Source: a virus (Duplodnaviria; Caudoviricetes). From it: 47,188 bases of DNA. The notes below the pieces were generated by a model that was given only the letters and a program-made list of their open reading frames with translations, was not told the DNA's origin and did not search any database. The position numbers were made by a program, and so were the translations under genes. The stretch is from the IMG/VR virus record IMGVR_UViG_3300007778_000009, positions 1 through 47,188 of that record. One strand, 5' to 3'. Below are positions 19,415-28,393 of this stretch, piece after piece. The stretch's first letter is position 1. Each line of letters begins with the position of its first letter.

Positions 19415-20485
19415 CTATACGTAGTCACCCCTCAGTTTAGCCCGAGTTGACGCAGGCAGCGCATCAAACTCCTCTTCCGAGAGTGAATTCACATCCACCA
19501 TCGGCTCAGAGATGCTTGAAGCCGGTGCTTTTGGCGGCTGCTTCTGCGCCATTGCCACCTTACTCTCCAGATCGCTGCGCTTCTCTTGCGTGCGTTTGGC
19601 CTCAGGAGACGCTTTAACCGGTTTTTGAACCGGGGCCTGTGTCTGCATGAGTTCAGGTCGAATCAGCCTCACAGCGTCCTCTACGGCCCTCTCAACGGCC
19701 ATCGCAGGACTGTGCCCCTGATTCACGTACATCTCCTCGTACATCACAGCACGATCAATCAGCTCGATATCCGCATCTTCTGCGTTCGAATCCATCTGCG
19801 GGTAACGACGGTAGATATCCTTCAAGGTCGCCTTAAGCTCAATGCGCGCTTCGATCTGTTCAGCCATCTGTGCGGGGTTAGCACCTTCAGAAGTCTTCGG
19901 TGTCGCACGCGCAGTCGCCATTTTGACAAGAGCCTGTTGCTGCAGCTCGGTTGCGGCGTCAAGTTCGCCGTCCAATACCTTTGCATTCGCCTCACGCATG
20001 AGCTTGTTCGCTTCGGCAATGGCAGCGTTGAACGCCTCGTCGGCAGCGGCATCCGTCTCTGCCTTTTCACGCGCAGACTTAAGCTCTGCAAGTTCGGATT
20101 CAAGCTTTCGGCGCTTTGCCACTTCATCATCAAGGCGCGCCTTCGGAATCATTATCTTTTTAGGAGCCGGTTCATCCTCAACTCGTGCCTCATCAGACTC
20201 TGGTACGTCACTCTGTACGTCCAAAGGCTCTTCAGCCTCGGCAGTGTCAGCCGCGTCTGCTTCGGCAGGTTCAGCCTCTGCTTCCTCAACCGGCGCTTCA
20301 CTAGCGGCGGCAAGTGCATCGTCATCCGCTGCAACCTCGTCCGAAATATCGGTGTTTTCGAGCGCATCTGACGATTCAGTAACTTCATTTCCATAATCCA
20401 TTGGGGCGTCATCAAACTCGTCCTCATCCCATGCACCAGGCATGAGTTCGCGTGCGAGTTGTTCGCTCATTGGTTCTGCTGACAT
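19415..20485 (-). CDS. Capsid scaffolding protein
   Basis: Acidic N-terminus, MIPKARLD coiled coil, C-terminal LSEEEFDALP...KLRGD; between portal and capsid genes. Confidence 0.75.
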   Translation of the reverse strand: MSAEPMSEQLARELMPGAWDEDEFDDAPMDYGNEVTESSDALENTDISDEVAADDDALAAASEAPVEEAEAEPAEADAADTAEAEEPLDVQSDVPESDEARVEDEPAPKKIMIPKARLDDEVAKRRKLESELAELKSAREKAETDAAADEAFNAAIAEANKLMREANAKVLDGELDAATELQQQALVKMATARATPKTSEGANPAQMAEQIEARIELKATLKDIYRRYPQMDSNAEDADIELIDRAVMYEEMYVNQGHSPAMAVERAVEDAVRLIRPELMQTQAPVQKPVKASPEAKRTQEKRSDLESKVAMAQKQPPKAPASSISEPMVDVNSLSEEEFDALPASTRAKLRGDYV

Positions 20486-20497
20486 GCGGTACCTCTG

Positions 20498-22591
20498 TTA
20501 TCGTTGGCTAGTGTTTGGCTTATCTTTAGCAAGCTCTCGTTGTGTAGAGAGACGGGCATGCTCCGAAATCATGCGGGAACCCATCTCTTGTTTACGCGTC
20601 TGCTGAGTCAACAAGGCCAGCTGTATGCGGGTCTGCAACTCTTCTCGCTTCATCGTAATCTTCGCCTCCAGCTCATCCATGCGCGCTTGATCCTGCTCAT
20701 TAAGCGACTGCGCTTTCTGCGCCTGTAGCTGCGCACGGGACTGAAGCTCCATAACCTCGCCTTCCATCTTCGCAAGGTCGAGCTGTGCCGCTTTAAGCTG
20801 CATCTCCTGCTGCATCTGCATCAGCTGCTGCTCCTCAGGCGTCGGCTCATTGAAGCCGTTCATGCCTTTAAGCAGTTCCGCGAGCTCACCCTTACGGGCC
20901 AAGTGGCTGTACTCAACAATCACATGGTCAGGGATCATCACGCCCAGTTCGCGAAGCTGAACAGCCTCTGCAAACTGTGACTCATCGAAGTTATCTCGGT
21001 TGGGCTGAGTGCTAATAACAACATCGTAAGTGCCTATCGTCAGGTCGTTAAGAATCGCGCCGTCGGGTGACATCTCATTCACCACAAACTGCTGCTCTTT
21101 CGCCTGCTCCCCTGGCAGCATGTCGTTCACAATGCGAACCACGCGCTCCTCGGTATAGAACTTCTGAATCAAGCGCAGCATGCGCTCGGCTAGAATGTGG
21201 CGCGTCTTAGCGAGGTTATCTAAGGGCACCTGAATCTGTATCTGACCACGGGCTTGCTTCTGCTGCAGCGCAACGCCCGAGATTTCAGCAGAGGTATCAC
21301 CCAGCATCCCATCGTTGACGCCCGAGATCGAGCGCAAGTTCATCGCCGCTTTCTGGCCGATGCGATCAAGCCCCGTTGGAATCTGGTTGGGTTGAATCTT
21401 CTGGGGTGGGTTCGAGCCGCGCGCGTGAACCAGCACAAGACCCGTCTCCGCACCGCGATCAGCCAGCTCGTGCTCATCCATATTCGTGAGCGTGCCATCT
21501 TCAACGGTCCAACCTGAGTTCGCGGTTGTATTGACGATGTGTAGCTCTTGGCTCGCGGTCTTGTTCAACTGCTCCTGCGCGGAGATCAAGTTCTCGACCA
21601 TGCCAAACGGGCGACCTCGGCGGAAGTACGGGAAATACGGCACGACGGTAAAGTCGTCGTAGATTGACCAATCATCGTAGAGCAACACGTGATCCGCCGT
21701 AATCGTCCAACGGATACGCTCACCCATGCGTTTGATGATGCCCAGACCAAACTGCTGCTGCATCGCCAAAATCTTCTGATCGTCCCACGACTCAGGGATC
21801 GGGCTCATATCACCCGTGCGATAGTCTACAAAGTAGCGCATCTGCGCGAGCTGCTTATGCTGACACTCGACAACACGAACGCCCCTGATTGCTCGGTTAT
21901 CTACCTCTGTGTCTACAGAATCGACATCGATGTTGCCGAATGTCATTGGTTTGCTGTCGAACTGCATCGAGTCACGTCCAAAGTGACTACCGGCATCCGC
22001 CAAGAACTGCAATTCGTTCGCTTTGTCTTTGCCGTAGAGCCGCTTAATGTCCTCAAGCGTCATCCACGTTTGGGTATAAACCGACTTCCATGTCTTGGGG
22101 TCATACTCTTTCGCTTCTGGATCAAGGACAACCTCACGCGGATCGCGAGCCATGACTCTCACTTCGCCGCGCAGGTCGTCCTCGAAATCGAGCCGTATGT
22201 CGAAGAACCCGCGCCCTGTAATCAGGCCGTCTTGGAACACTTCGCTCTCCACCCAATCGAGGCGGTTACGGTCTTGAACCTGTAGAGCGACTTTCGCCAG
22301 TACGTCAGCCGTCTCTTGATCCCCGCTCGTGCGGGGTTTGAAACTGATATCCACACGCGTGGTACTCTGCTCCCCCATCACGGTGTTAATCGTCGGGAGA
22401 ATCATGTTCAACGTCAGTGCAGGACGGCGCGACGCTTCCAGCCGCCGGATGTCCTCTTCGGCCCACTGCTCCCCCGCGTAGAACGCGTCGAAGCGATCGG
22501 CTTTTTCGATGAATTCCGAGTGCCCGTTGTCAAACGCTCGTCTAAACGCAAGCCACTGAGTACGGGCTTTATCCATCGTATTTGTCGTCAC
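20498..22591 (-). CDS. Portal protein (P22-like)
   Basis: FYAGEQW...RPALTLNMI...SGVALQQKQ...DLTIGTYDVVI; Gln-rich C-terminal barrel; follows terL. Confidence 0.9.
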   Translation of the reverse strand: MTTNTMDKARTQWLAFRRAFDNGHSEFIEKADRFDAFYAGEQWAEEDIRRLEASRRPALTLNMILPTINTVMGEQSTTRVDISFKPRTSGDQETADVLAKVALQVQDRNRLDWVESEVFQDGLITGRGFFDIRLDFEDDLRGEVRVMARDPREVVLDPEAKEYDPKTWKSVYTQTWMTLEDIKRLYGKDKANELQFLADAGSHFGRDSMQFDSKPMTFGNIDVDSVDTEVDNRAIRGVRVVECQHKQLAQMRYFVDYRTGDMSPIPESWDDQKILAMQQQFGLGIIKRMGERIRWTITADHVLLYDDWSIYDDFTVVPYFPYFRRGRPFGMVENLISAQEQLNKTASQELHIVNTTANSGWTVEDGTLTNMDEHELADRGAETGLVLVHARGSNPPQKIQPNQIPTGLDRIGQKAAMNLRSISGVNDGMLGDTSAEISGVALQQKQARGQIQIQVPLDNLAKTRHILAERMLRLIQKFYTEERVVRIVNDMLPGEQAKEQQFVVNEMSPDGAILNDLTIGTYDVVISTQPNRDNFDESQFAEAVQLRELGVMIPDHVIVEYSHLARKGELAELLKGMNGFNEPTPEEQQLMQMQQEMQLKAAQLDLAKMEGEVMELQSRAQLQAQKAQSLNEQDQARMDELEAKITMKREELQTRIQLALLTQQTRKQEMGSRMISEHARLSTQRELAKDKPNTSQR

Positions 22592-22613
22592 TGCTGGCTC
22601 CGAAGGGGTATTT

Positions 22614-22630
22614 AAGTGTCATTGCTACTA
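22614..22630. promoter_or_regulatory. 17-bp palindromic operator-like site, copy 5
   Basis: AAGTGTCATTGCTACTA between terL and portal; abuts TAAAAT on the minus strand. Confidence 0.7.
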
Positions 22631-22659
22631 TTTTATATCAAGTCAAGCGATTTGCATAA

Positions 22660-24471
22660 CTAAGCACCCATATGACCGCTGCCCGCACCCGATTGACGCA
22701 CCATTTTATTTAAACGGTCCCGCCACCCTTTCGTCTGCTTCGGTTTGATCTCGTTCACAACGGTCATGCCTTGGATCATCTGACCGATCCACGCCATCGC
22801 ATCCACACCGTCGTCATGGACACCGGAGGGGAAGCGCAACATCTGATCAATGAGGTACTGCGTCGCTTCACAGCCTTGGCGGAAGAACACCTCGCCGCGT
22901 TTCATCAACGCCTGAATCGGGCGTGCTCGCAGCTGCTTATCGCGTCGCCCAGGCTTAAGCTTTTCGATATACATCGTCTGCATGCCACGGCGCGTGATCT
23001 CTTGCTCTAGGTAAGGGCCGATGGCCATTTCAATATGACCCCGTTCAATACCCGTAATATCGCTGCGCCAAGTAGCATAAGTATCAAGTATCTGATTAAC
23101 AATTCCTTCAGAATCCCATCGCCCATGTCTAACATCCACCACCCATAGCCGGCGCTTGCGATCAATACCCACAGTAATACCAAACGTCTCATCGTTCTCT
23201 TCCTTTTGCCCGATAGCCAAGTCCCATGCCGTGTAGTAACTCATCTCGTCATAGGCCGGTTGCTCCTGCATCCGGTATCGCGGGAACATATCTCGATGAA
23301 AGAACTCACCATCTTCCGCAACAGGGTTTTGTTGATACAACGCCGACCAATCCCTGTCACCCACAGCGCGTTTGATGCGCTTAAGCGCGTCCAGTGGATA
23401 TCGACCTGGGTGCAACGCGTCACCTTTGCGACGGTAGCGCTCATCCTCAACCGCCACCGCTGGATAGCGGATAACTTCCCACTCATCGCCCTCACCTTTG
23501 TCCGCCTGCGTCAGTAGCCAACCGGCGAGATCATCGTCATGCCAGCGAGTAAGAATGATAAGAATGCCCCCACCCGGAGCCAACCGTGTGTAGGCCGTTG
23601 ACGTATACCAATCTTTAATCGTTCGACGGCTCGCCTCAGAGTCTGCTTCTTCGCGGTTCTTAACGGGATCGTCGATAACCAGAATATGCGCGCCTCGACC
23701 CGTAATAGGACCACCCGTACCCACAGCCGCATAACCACCATCCTCAGTCGTTGCCCATCGATCAACACGTTGCGTATCCCTATTCAGCTTCGTTTCTGGA
23801 AAAAGTTTCCCGTACTCGGGGGTTCGGATCACCTCCCTCACTTTGCGAGAGAAGTCCAGAGCGAGGTCGGACGCATAGGAACACGCGATGAACTCATGCT
23901 CTGGGTAACGGCCTAGATGCCAAGACGGGAAAGAGCGTGATGCCAGCTCACTTTTACCGTGACGCGGTGGCATAAATAGCATGAGGCGTGGCGATTTCTT
24001 CTCCGCCACATCCAATGAGAACTGCTCTAGGCGCGCACAAATATCCTTATGCACCCAACCGGCGTCGTAGCGGTCGTTGAAACGCTGCACGAACGGCAAG
24101 AGGTGGCGACGACACAGTTCACGTTGCGCGAGCTCCTGCTGCGCGATGCTCTGCTTGTCATCTTCACTGATCTCCTCCTTCTTCGCCCGCTGCGCGTCGC
24201 GCTCGGCACGCACCCGTTTCTCTCGGGCGATACGCCCGTGTGCTTCACGCCGTTCGCGGTCCCGATCATCGGCTGAGGTGTGCGCTTCGTTGAGAATGTC
24301 AGCGTTCGCTTCCTTCAAGCGCTCGTTTTCACGGCTCTCAAGTGTCCTTTCGTGCTTATCGAGACAAAAAATACAGACCCGTCCAAGGTCAGGGACGTCT
24401 TTGAAGAGGCTTAAGGGGTGCGAGTGCTCGCAAGAGGGGCAAAAATCGAGTGTGGCGCTACTCTTCGCCAT
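22660..24471 (-). CDS. terL: Terminase large subunit
   Basis: Walker A MPPRHGKSEL, Walker B ILVIDDP, TRWH, nuclease motifs WDLA and HDDGVDA. Confidence 0.95.
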   Translation of the reverse strand: MAKSSATLDFCPSCEHSHPLSLFKDVPDLGRVCIFCLDKHERTLESRENERLKEANADILNEAHTSADDRDRERREAHGRIAREKRVRAERDAQRAKKEEISEDDKQSIAQQELAQRELCRRHLLPFVQRFNDRYDAGWVHKDICARLEQFSLDVAEKKSPRLMLFMPPRHGKSELASRSFPSWHLGRYPEHEFIACSYASDLALDFSRKVREVIRTPEYGKLFPETKLNRDTQRVDRWATTEDGGYAAVGTGGPITGRGAHILVIDDPVKNREEADSEASRRTIKDWYTSTAYTRLAPGGGILIILTRWHDDDLAGWLLTQADKGEGDEWEVIRYPAVAVEDERYRRKGDALHPGRYPLDALKRIKRAVGDRDWSALYQQNPVAEDGEFFHRDMFPRYRMQEQPAYDEMSYYTAWDLAIGQKEENDETFGITVGIDRKRRLWVVDVRHGRWDSEGIVNQILDTYATWRSDITGIERGHIEMAIGPYLEQEITRRGMQTMYIEKLKPGRRDKQLRARPIQALMKRGEVFFRQGCEATQYLIDQMLRFPSGVHDDGVDAMAWIGQMIQGMTVVNEIKPKQTKGWRDRLNKMVRQSGAGSGHMGA

Positions 24472-24985
24472 CGATCACCTCGCCTTCAATGGCTTCAGGC
24501 AGCAGATCAGCGTAACTGAACCCCGCCATCTCCATAATCTGACTGTCTTCGAGGTTTTCGAGCTGCTGACGACTCGTGATCTGGGTCACATTCACGTTTA
24601 CCTCGGTCTTTTTCGTATCTAAACCGTGTAAGCGCATGTGCATTTCGACCCCTTTGAACCACTCCGTCGCGTTACTCGCCATTTTTTTACCCAGCTCGAT
24701 GTCCGCATGGGCGTCAGCAAGGGTATAGGTGACGTTTTGGGACACAAAACGGCGATAATTGGCCAGAATATGGTCAACATGGGCCTGAATTGAGGGATTT
24801 TTCGCAAGAATGTTGGCTTTTCGGGTGTCGAGGCCCGCTTTTTTGCCCGCAGTCGCTACATCCCCCGTCGCGGCTAGGGTTGCAGCGAATTCTGTCTCCT
24901 GACGGGAGAGTTTTGGCAGTTGATCGTGGATGGTTGCGACGTTAATCGCCTCCATCCCTGCTTCGATATCTGTGTCTAAGGACAT
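24458..24985 (-). CDS. terS: Terminase small subunit (probable)
   Basis: Start MSLDTD at 24985; N-terminal HTH-like LSRQETEFAA..GDVATAGKKAG; overlaps the terL start. Confidence 0.65.
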   Translation of the reverse strand: MSLDTDIEAGMEAINVATIHDQLPKLSRQETEFAATLAATGDVATAGKKAGLDTRKANILAKNPSIQAHVDHILANYRRFVSQNVTYTLADAHADIELGKKMASNATEWFKGVEMHMRLHGLDTKKTEVNVNVTQITSRQQLENLEDSQIMEMAGFSYADLLPEAIEGEVIDGEE

Positions 24986-25003
24986 GGCTTCCACAATTTC
25001 TCG

Positions 25004-25031
25004 AAAAAAAGCCCTCAACCGGAATTGAGGG
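25004..25031 (-). terminator. Intrinsic terminator in the terS leader
   Basis: CCCTCAA-TTCCGG-TTGAGGG-CTTTTTTT, about 19 bp before the terS ATG. Confidence 0.75.
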
Positions 25032-25064
25032 AAGATCCACAAAGGACCACACATAGCAGTAACA

Positions 25065-25093
25065 AATATAGACATTGCCACTACTTAGCGCAA
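25065..25093 (-). promoter_or_regulatory. Sigma70-like promoter overlapped by operator copy 6 (25067-25083)
   Basis: TTGCGC-17 bp-TATATT; operator reads TAGTGGCAATGTCTATA on the minus strand. Confidence 0.7.
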
Positions 25094-25129
25094 CTTCCTC
25101 GTGATCTCGAAATTGTGTCCAGCGCGTCC

Positions 25130-25501
25130 TCAGTGTCTCGTGAAGTCGAACGGCGTATTCGCCATAGAGCGAATCGCTTCCTCCTGATAGAACGCATCGT
25201 TAGTTAGATTACGCTCAAAGTACCCCTGCCCCATCGAGCGGATCGTCATCTCACTGATCGCCTGGTTCATAGAGATAAAGCGTTCTAACTTCGCCGGAAA
25301 GATCGTGTCGGGTGCTTCTTGTTGATGGGTGTAGGTCAAGAGCCAGTATTCGGCGTCGCCCCACGGTTGGTGAACTTCTACAGCAGCCCACTGCCATTTC
25401 TGCCCCATCTCCGTCTGATGCAGGATCAACGGAACCTGTGTTGGCTCCTCTTCGATCACTGACAACGGGACGCGGGCAAGGTTGATTGCGCGTTTAGTCA
25501 T
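25130..25501 (-). CDS. Hypothetical protein, first gene of the morphogenesis arm
   Basis: ORF with GAGGA RBS; no recognised motif. Confidence 0.6.
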   Translation of the reverse strand: MTKRAINLARVPLSVIEEEPTQVPLILHQTEMGQKWQWAAVEVHQPWGDAEYWLLTYTHQQEAPDTIFPAKLERFISMNQAISEMTIRSMGQGYFERNLTNDAFYQEEAIRSMANTPFDFTRH

Positions 25502-25707
25502 GGTCATTCCTCGTGTCTTAGCAAGTGCATTGTCGGTTTACCGAGAAAAATTTTCAAAAAAATTTTTGAGAATCGACCTGCTGCCTCCCTATGTACCTCC
25601 TTGGTATTTCGGCCCACCCGCCTCGGATCGGTTTTCCGACAGGCGGTTTCAAAAACGGGCTTTGGAACCTTCGCAGGGTACCCCCTTAATCATACGGAGA
25701 TAGAACG

Positions 25708-25863
25708 ATGACAACTTACAAAGTCACCAACGTGAGCACTAACCAAGTGTTCTTTACTCGTCAGTCTAACTGGGCTGATGCCATGCAACGTGTCTGTGAT
25801 CTGTTCGGGTGGACAGCACATGACATACGCGTAACCAAAGAAGGAGGGCTGAATCATGCCTAA
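25708..25863 (+). CDS. Small early protein, 51 aa (not in ORF track)
   Basis: GGAG RBS; MTTYKVTNVSTNQVFFTRQSNWADAMQRVCDLFGWTAHDIRVTKEGGLNHA. Confidence 0.6.
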   Translation: MTTYKVTNVSTNQVFFTRQSNWADAMQRVCDLFGWTAHDIRVTKEGGLNHA

Positions 25864-27139
25864 TACAAGCAGTGTAGTAATAGGTGGGGTAGCAGCAACT
25901 ACCCCATGTGATGTAACCAAAACAGAGGGTGTTATGAAAACATCAACGACTAAGTTTGAGGCGACTTCGACAGCCTTGTCAACCTACAACGATCTCGTTG
26001 TGGAAATGCCATCAACGCAAGCAGTGCTTGCAACGGCCAACGTGGTGCGCCGCATGCACACCAACTACGCATGGAATGCGCTGGCAACAGCGATCTACCG
26101 TGCAACGCTCTGCCACGGTGCAGCACGCGCAAGCCTGCTCACCAAAGCATGGGCGGATATTGAGCAGCACGCCAAGGACGTAGCTTACGGCTACATGGCG
26201 GGGCTCGCGCTCACCCGCTCAACACAGGCACAACGCAGCGCAGCCATCATGGACTTGCACCCTGTCGCACTCCCCGTAGGTGAAGCTCGCACCTACACCG
26301 CGATGAACACACTCGATCAGCTGCGCAACACATTGCTCAGTGAGCCTGAGTTGGTTGAGACGCTCAAGCGCAACGGTGCTTCGCTGAGCGTCATGGATGA
26401 ACTGATCGCGATCCACGCCAACACGCCTGAGTATCTGCGCAAGGAGATACGCAGCCGCATCATCTCCACCAAGTACGCGGCTCCAGAGCAGAAGTCGCGC
26501 GCGATGGTGAACGGCCAGCTCATGGTGGTCAAAACCACGGGTTTTGCAGCCATCGATGCCCTTGAGAAAGGCGGTCGCCACTATCGCGTCCGTCAGGGTG
26601 CTGAGAAGGCAGTGGTGCAGGCGTTCAAGCTCGCCTTCAGCTACGCCAACAGTTGCGAGTTCTGGCAGGGCATCGAGCCTCGCCAACCGCGCGATCCTGA
26701 GCAGGAGATATACCCCGGACAGGAAGACGAGGTATTCAGCTCCCCGCTGCAGGACTACACCGTCGGTGGACGCACCGAGCAACTGCAGTACGAGTCGAAG
26801 CAGGAGATATTCCAGCAGATCGCGCTCGACTACGAGCAGGCTTACATCGACGCAACCGCGTTGTATGAAGCGCTCGCGGCGCAGCTGAGCAAGGTCGGTG
26901 AGGTCACGTACCTATGGCGCATCAACGAGGACGATGCGATGCCGTTCACACCGATCACGGACAAGCAGGAAGCGTTCGAGGAGCTGGTGGCACGCAACGA
27001 CGCCTACACCGCTCAGCGCTTGGCGAGCCAGATGGGCATCGAGGCGAAATCGTCCGACGAGTTGGAGGCGGCTGTCATGTCAGCCTTCAGCGACGAAGAA
27101 CGTGCTCAGATCGAGAAGCTCATGCGGGTGGCGTTGTGA
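25856..27139 (+). CDS. Hypothetical early protein (alternative start 25934)
   Basis: Long helical ORF with GGAGG RBS; no recognised family. Confidence 0.7.
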   Translation: MPNTSSVVIGGVAATTPCDVTKTEGVMKTSTTKFEATSTALSTYNDLVVEMPSTQAVLATANVVRRMHTNYAWNALATAIYRATLCHGAARASLLTKAWADIEQHAKDVAYGYMAGLALTRSTQAQRSAAIMDLHPVALPVGEARTYTAMNTLDQLRNTLLSEPELVETLKRNGASLSVMDELIAIHANTPEYLRKEIRSRIISTKYAAPEQKSRAMVNGQLMVVKTTGFAAIDALEKGGRHYRVRQGAEKAVVQAFKLAFSYANSCEFWQGIEPRQPRDPEQEIYPGQEDEVFSSPLQDYTVGGRTEQLQYESKQEIFQQIALDYEQAYIDATALYEALAAQLSKVGEVTYLWRINEDDAMPFTPITDKQEAFEELVARNDAYTAQRLASQMGIEAKSSDELEAAVMSAFSDEERAQIEKLMRVAL

Positions 27140-27396
27140 ACGCCGCTCAGTGGCTTCGCCAGCATGCCAACGAGCTGGCTGAATTCGATGCACCCAACAC
27201 GGATGTGCTCTTCTGCGATCTAGCGATCCAGACAGAGTTCGGTGTCATCGAGTACGTCGATACCCTCGAAGACGAGATCAGCGCGGCAGTCGATGCCGTG
27301 CAGGGTTTCGATCTTAGCCTCTGGGAAGAGGACGAGGACGAGGACGGCAACATCGAGGAAGAACCGCCGGTTGATACCGGTTGGAACTTCCTCTAA
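27136..27396 (+). CDS. Highly acidic small protein, 86 aa
   Basis: GTG start overlapping the upstream TGA; 24 D/E versus 1 R and 0 K. Confidence 0.65.
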   Translation: MNAAQWLRQHANELAEFDAPNTDVLFCDLAIQTEFGVIEYVDTLEDEISAAVDAVQGFDLSLWEEDEDEDGNIEEEPPVDTGWNFL

Positions 27397-27400
27397 CTGC

Positions 27401-27424
27401 AAGGGGGCTTCGGCCCCCTTCTTT
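27401..27424 (+). terminator. Intrinsic terminator
   Basis: AAGGGGGC-TTCG-GCCCCCTT-CTTT. Confidence 0.75.
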
Positions 27425-27437
27425 ATGGAGACATATC

Positions 27438-27776
27438 ATGGATATGCTAAACACCCTGAAGAACCGCAACGTTCAGAAACTACGCGCCCGCGTGACCTTC
27501 AACGCCGATGGTCGCATCCAATGGCCTTCACAGCCGGTGAACCCTGTCGATGAAGCCATTGAGGCAGCGATGGACCTGCCGACCGTCGTGCGTCAGTACA
27601 AAGTCGGTGATACCTGCAACCGTTGTAACGGCACCGGTCGTTACTTCATCCATACCAAGAAAATGTATGGCAAGTGTTTTAGGTGTACGGGAGGTCGCCT
27701 CACCGCCCGCGACATATCGTTCTTGGTTGACCGAGAAACCAAGGGCAAAGCGGTCTGCGACATACGCGGGTTCTAA
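27438..27776 (+). CDS. Zinc-finger protein (DnaJ-type CxxCxGxG)
   Basis: CNRCNGTG...CFRCTGG; GGAG RBS. Confidence 0.65.
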   Translation: MDMLNTLKNRNVQKLRARVTFNADGRIQWPSQPVNPVDEAIEAAMDLPTVVRQYKVGDTCNRCNGTGRYFIHTKKMYGKCFRCTGGRLTARDISFLVDRETKGKAVCDIRGF

Positions 27777-27804
27777 TAGCCCCTAGCCATTAGCACCTAA
27801 CCGA

Positions 27805-27855
27805 GCGTCCCAGCGTCTCTGCGTCCCAGCGTCAGTGCGTCCCAGCGTCAGCGTC
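27805..27855. repeat. Tandem 16-bp repeat x3 (core GCGTCCCAGCGTC)
   Basis: Units start at 27805, 27821 and 27837, plus a trailing GCGTC; intergenic. Confidence 0.9.
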
Positions 27856-27944
27856 GTGTCATGTGTTAATGAATAAGGGTTACGTGAGAAGTAACACGGG
27901 ACCATGAAGAGTTGAGTCCCATGTGATCAATAGGAGGTGTGGCA

Positions 27945-28160
27945 ATGAACACATTATTAACGGTCGAATTGAACGAAGATCAAGCGTTTGCTGCTCTGAG
28001 CGCGCTTGACGAAGAGTGTCGGTCACTGAGCGAGTGGCTTGCGGACGCTGACGAGGGTCACGATGTCCGTGTCGAGTGGGTCATGGACCAGTATCACGCG
28101 ACATGGGACGCCTATCAGCGCATTGCCCGTGCCCTGGGACTAACGGGAGAGCTCCAATGA
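27945..28160 (+). CDS. Hypothetical early protein
   Basis: AGGAGGT RBS; acidic small ORF. Confidence 0.6.
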   Translation: MNTLLTVELNEDQAFAALSALDEECRSLSEWLADADEGHDVRVEWVMDQYHATWDAYQRIARALGLTGELQ

Positions 28161-28393
28161 ACATTTACCTAACGGAATCTCAGATCACTGAGATCATGCG
28201 CCTGTGTTACGCGGCCATTGACCATGAACAGGCGGAGTTGAGGACCCCTGCCACGAGCCAATTCACCCGTTTCCAGCATCGCGTGGCGGAGATGGAGATT
28301 GAAACGTGGCAATCGATTGTGGACACCATCGCCATCACGCGTGAAATGGAGTTTACAGCCGGTGTCGATGGGCCTGTGTCACGTGACCTGTGA
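28157..28393 (+). CDS. Hypothetical early protein
   Basis: MNIYLTESQ start, ATGA overlap, GGAG RBS. Confidence 0.6.
   Translation: MNIYLTESQITEIMRLCYAAIDHEQAELRTPATSQFTRFQHRVAEMEIETWQSIVDTIAITREMEFTAGVDGPVSRDL

Noticed and set aside
101-24622. Numerous plus-strand ORFs in the left arm (and minus-strand ORFs in the right arm)
   Set aside because: Antisense shadows of well-supported genes.
27805-27855. Possible mini-CRISPR array
   Set aside because: Units are 13 bp with 3-bp linkers; there are no unique spacers. The Cas4-like gene is a normal phage replication nuclease.
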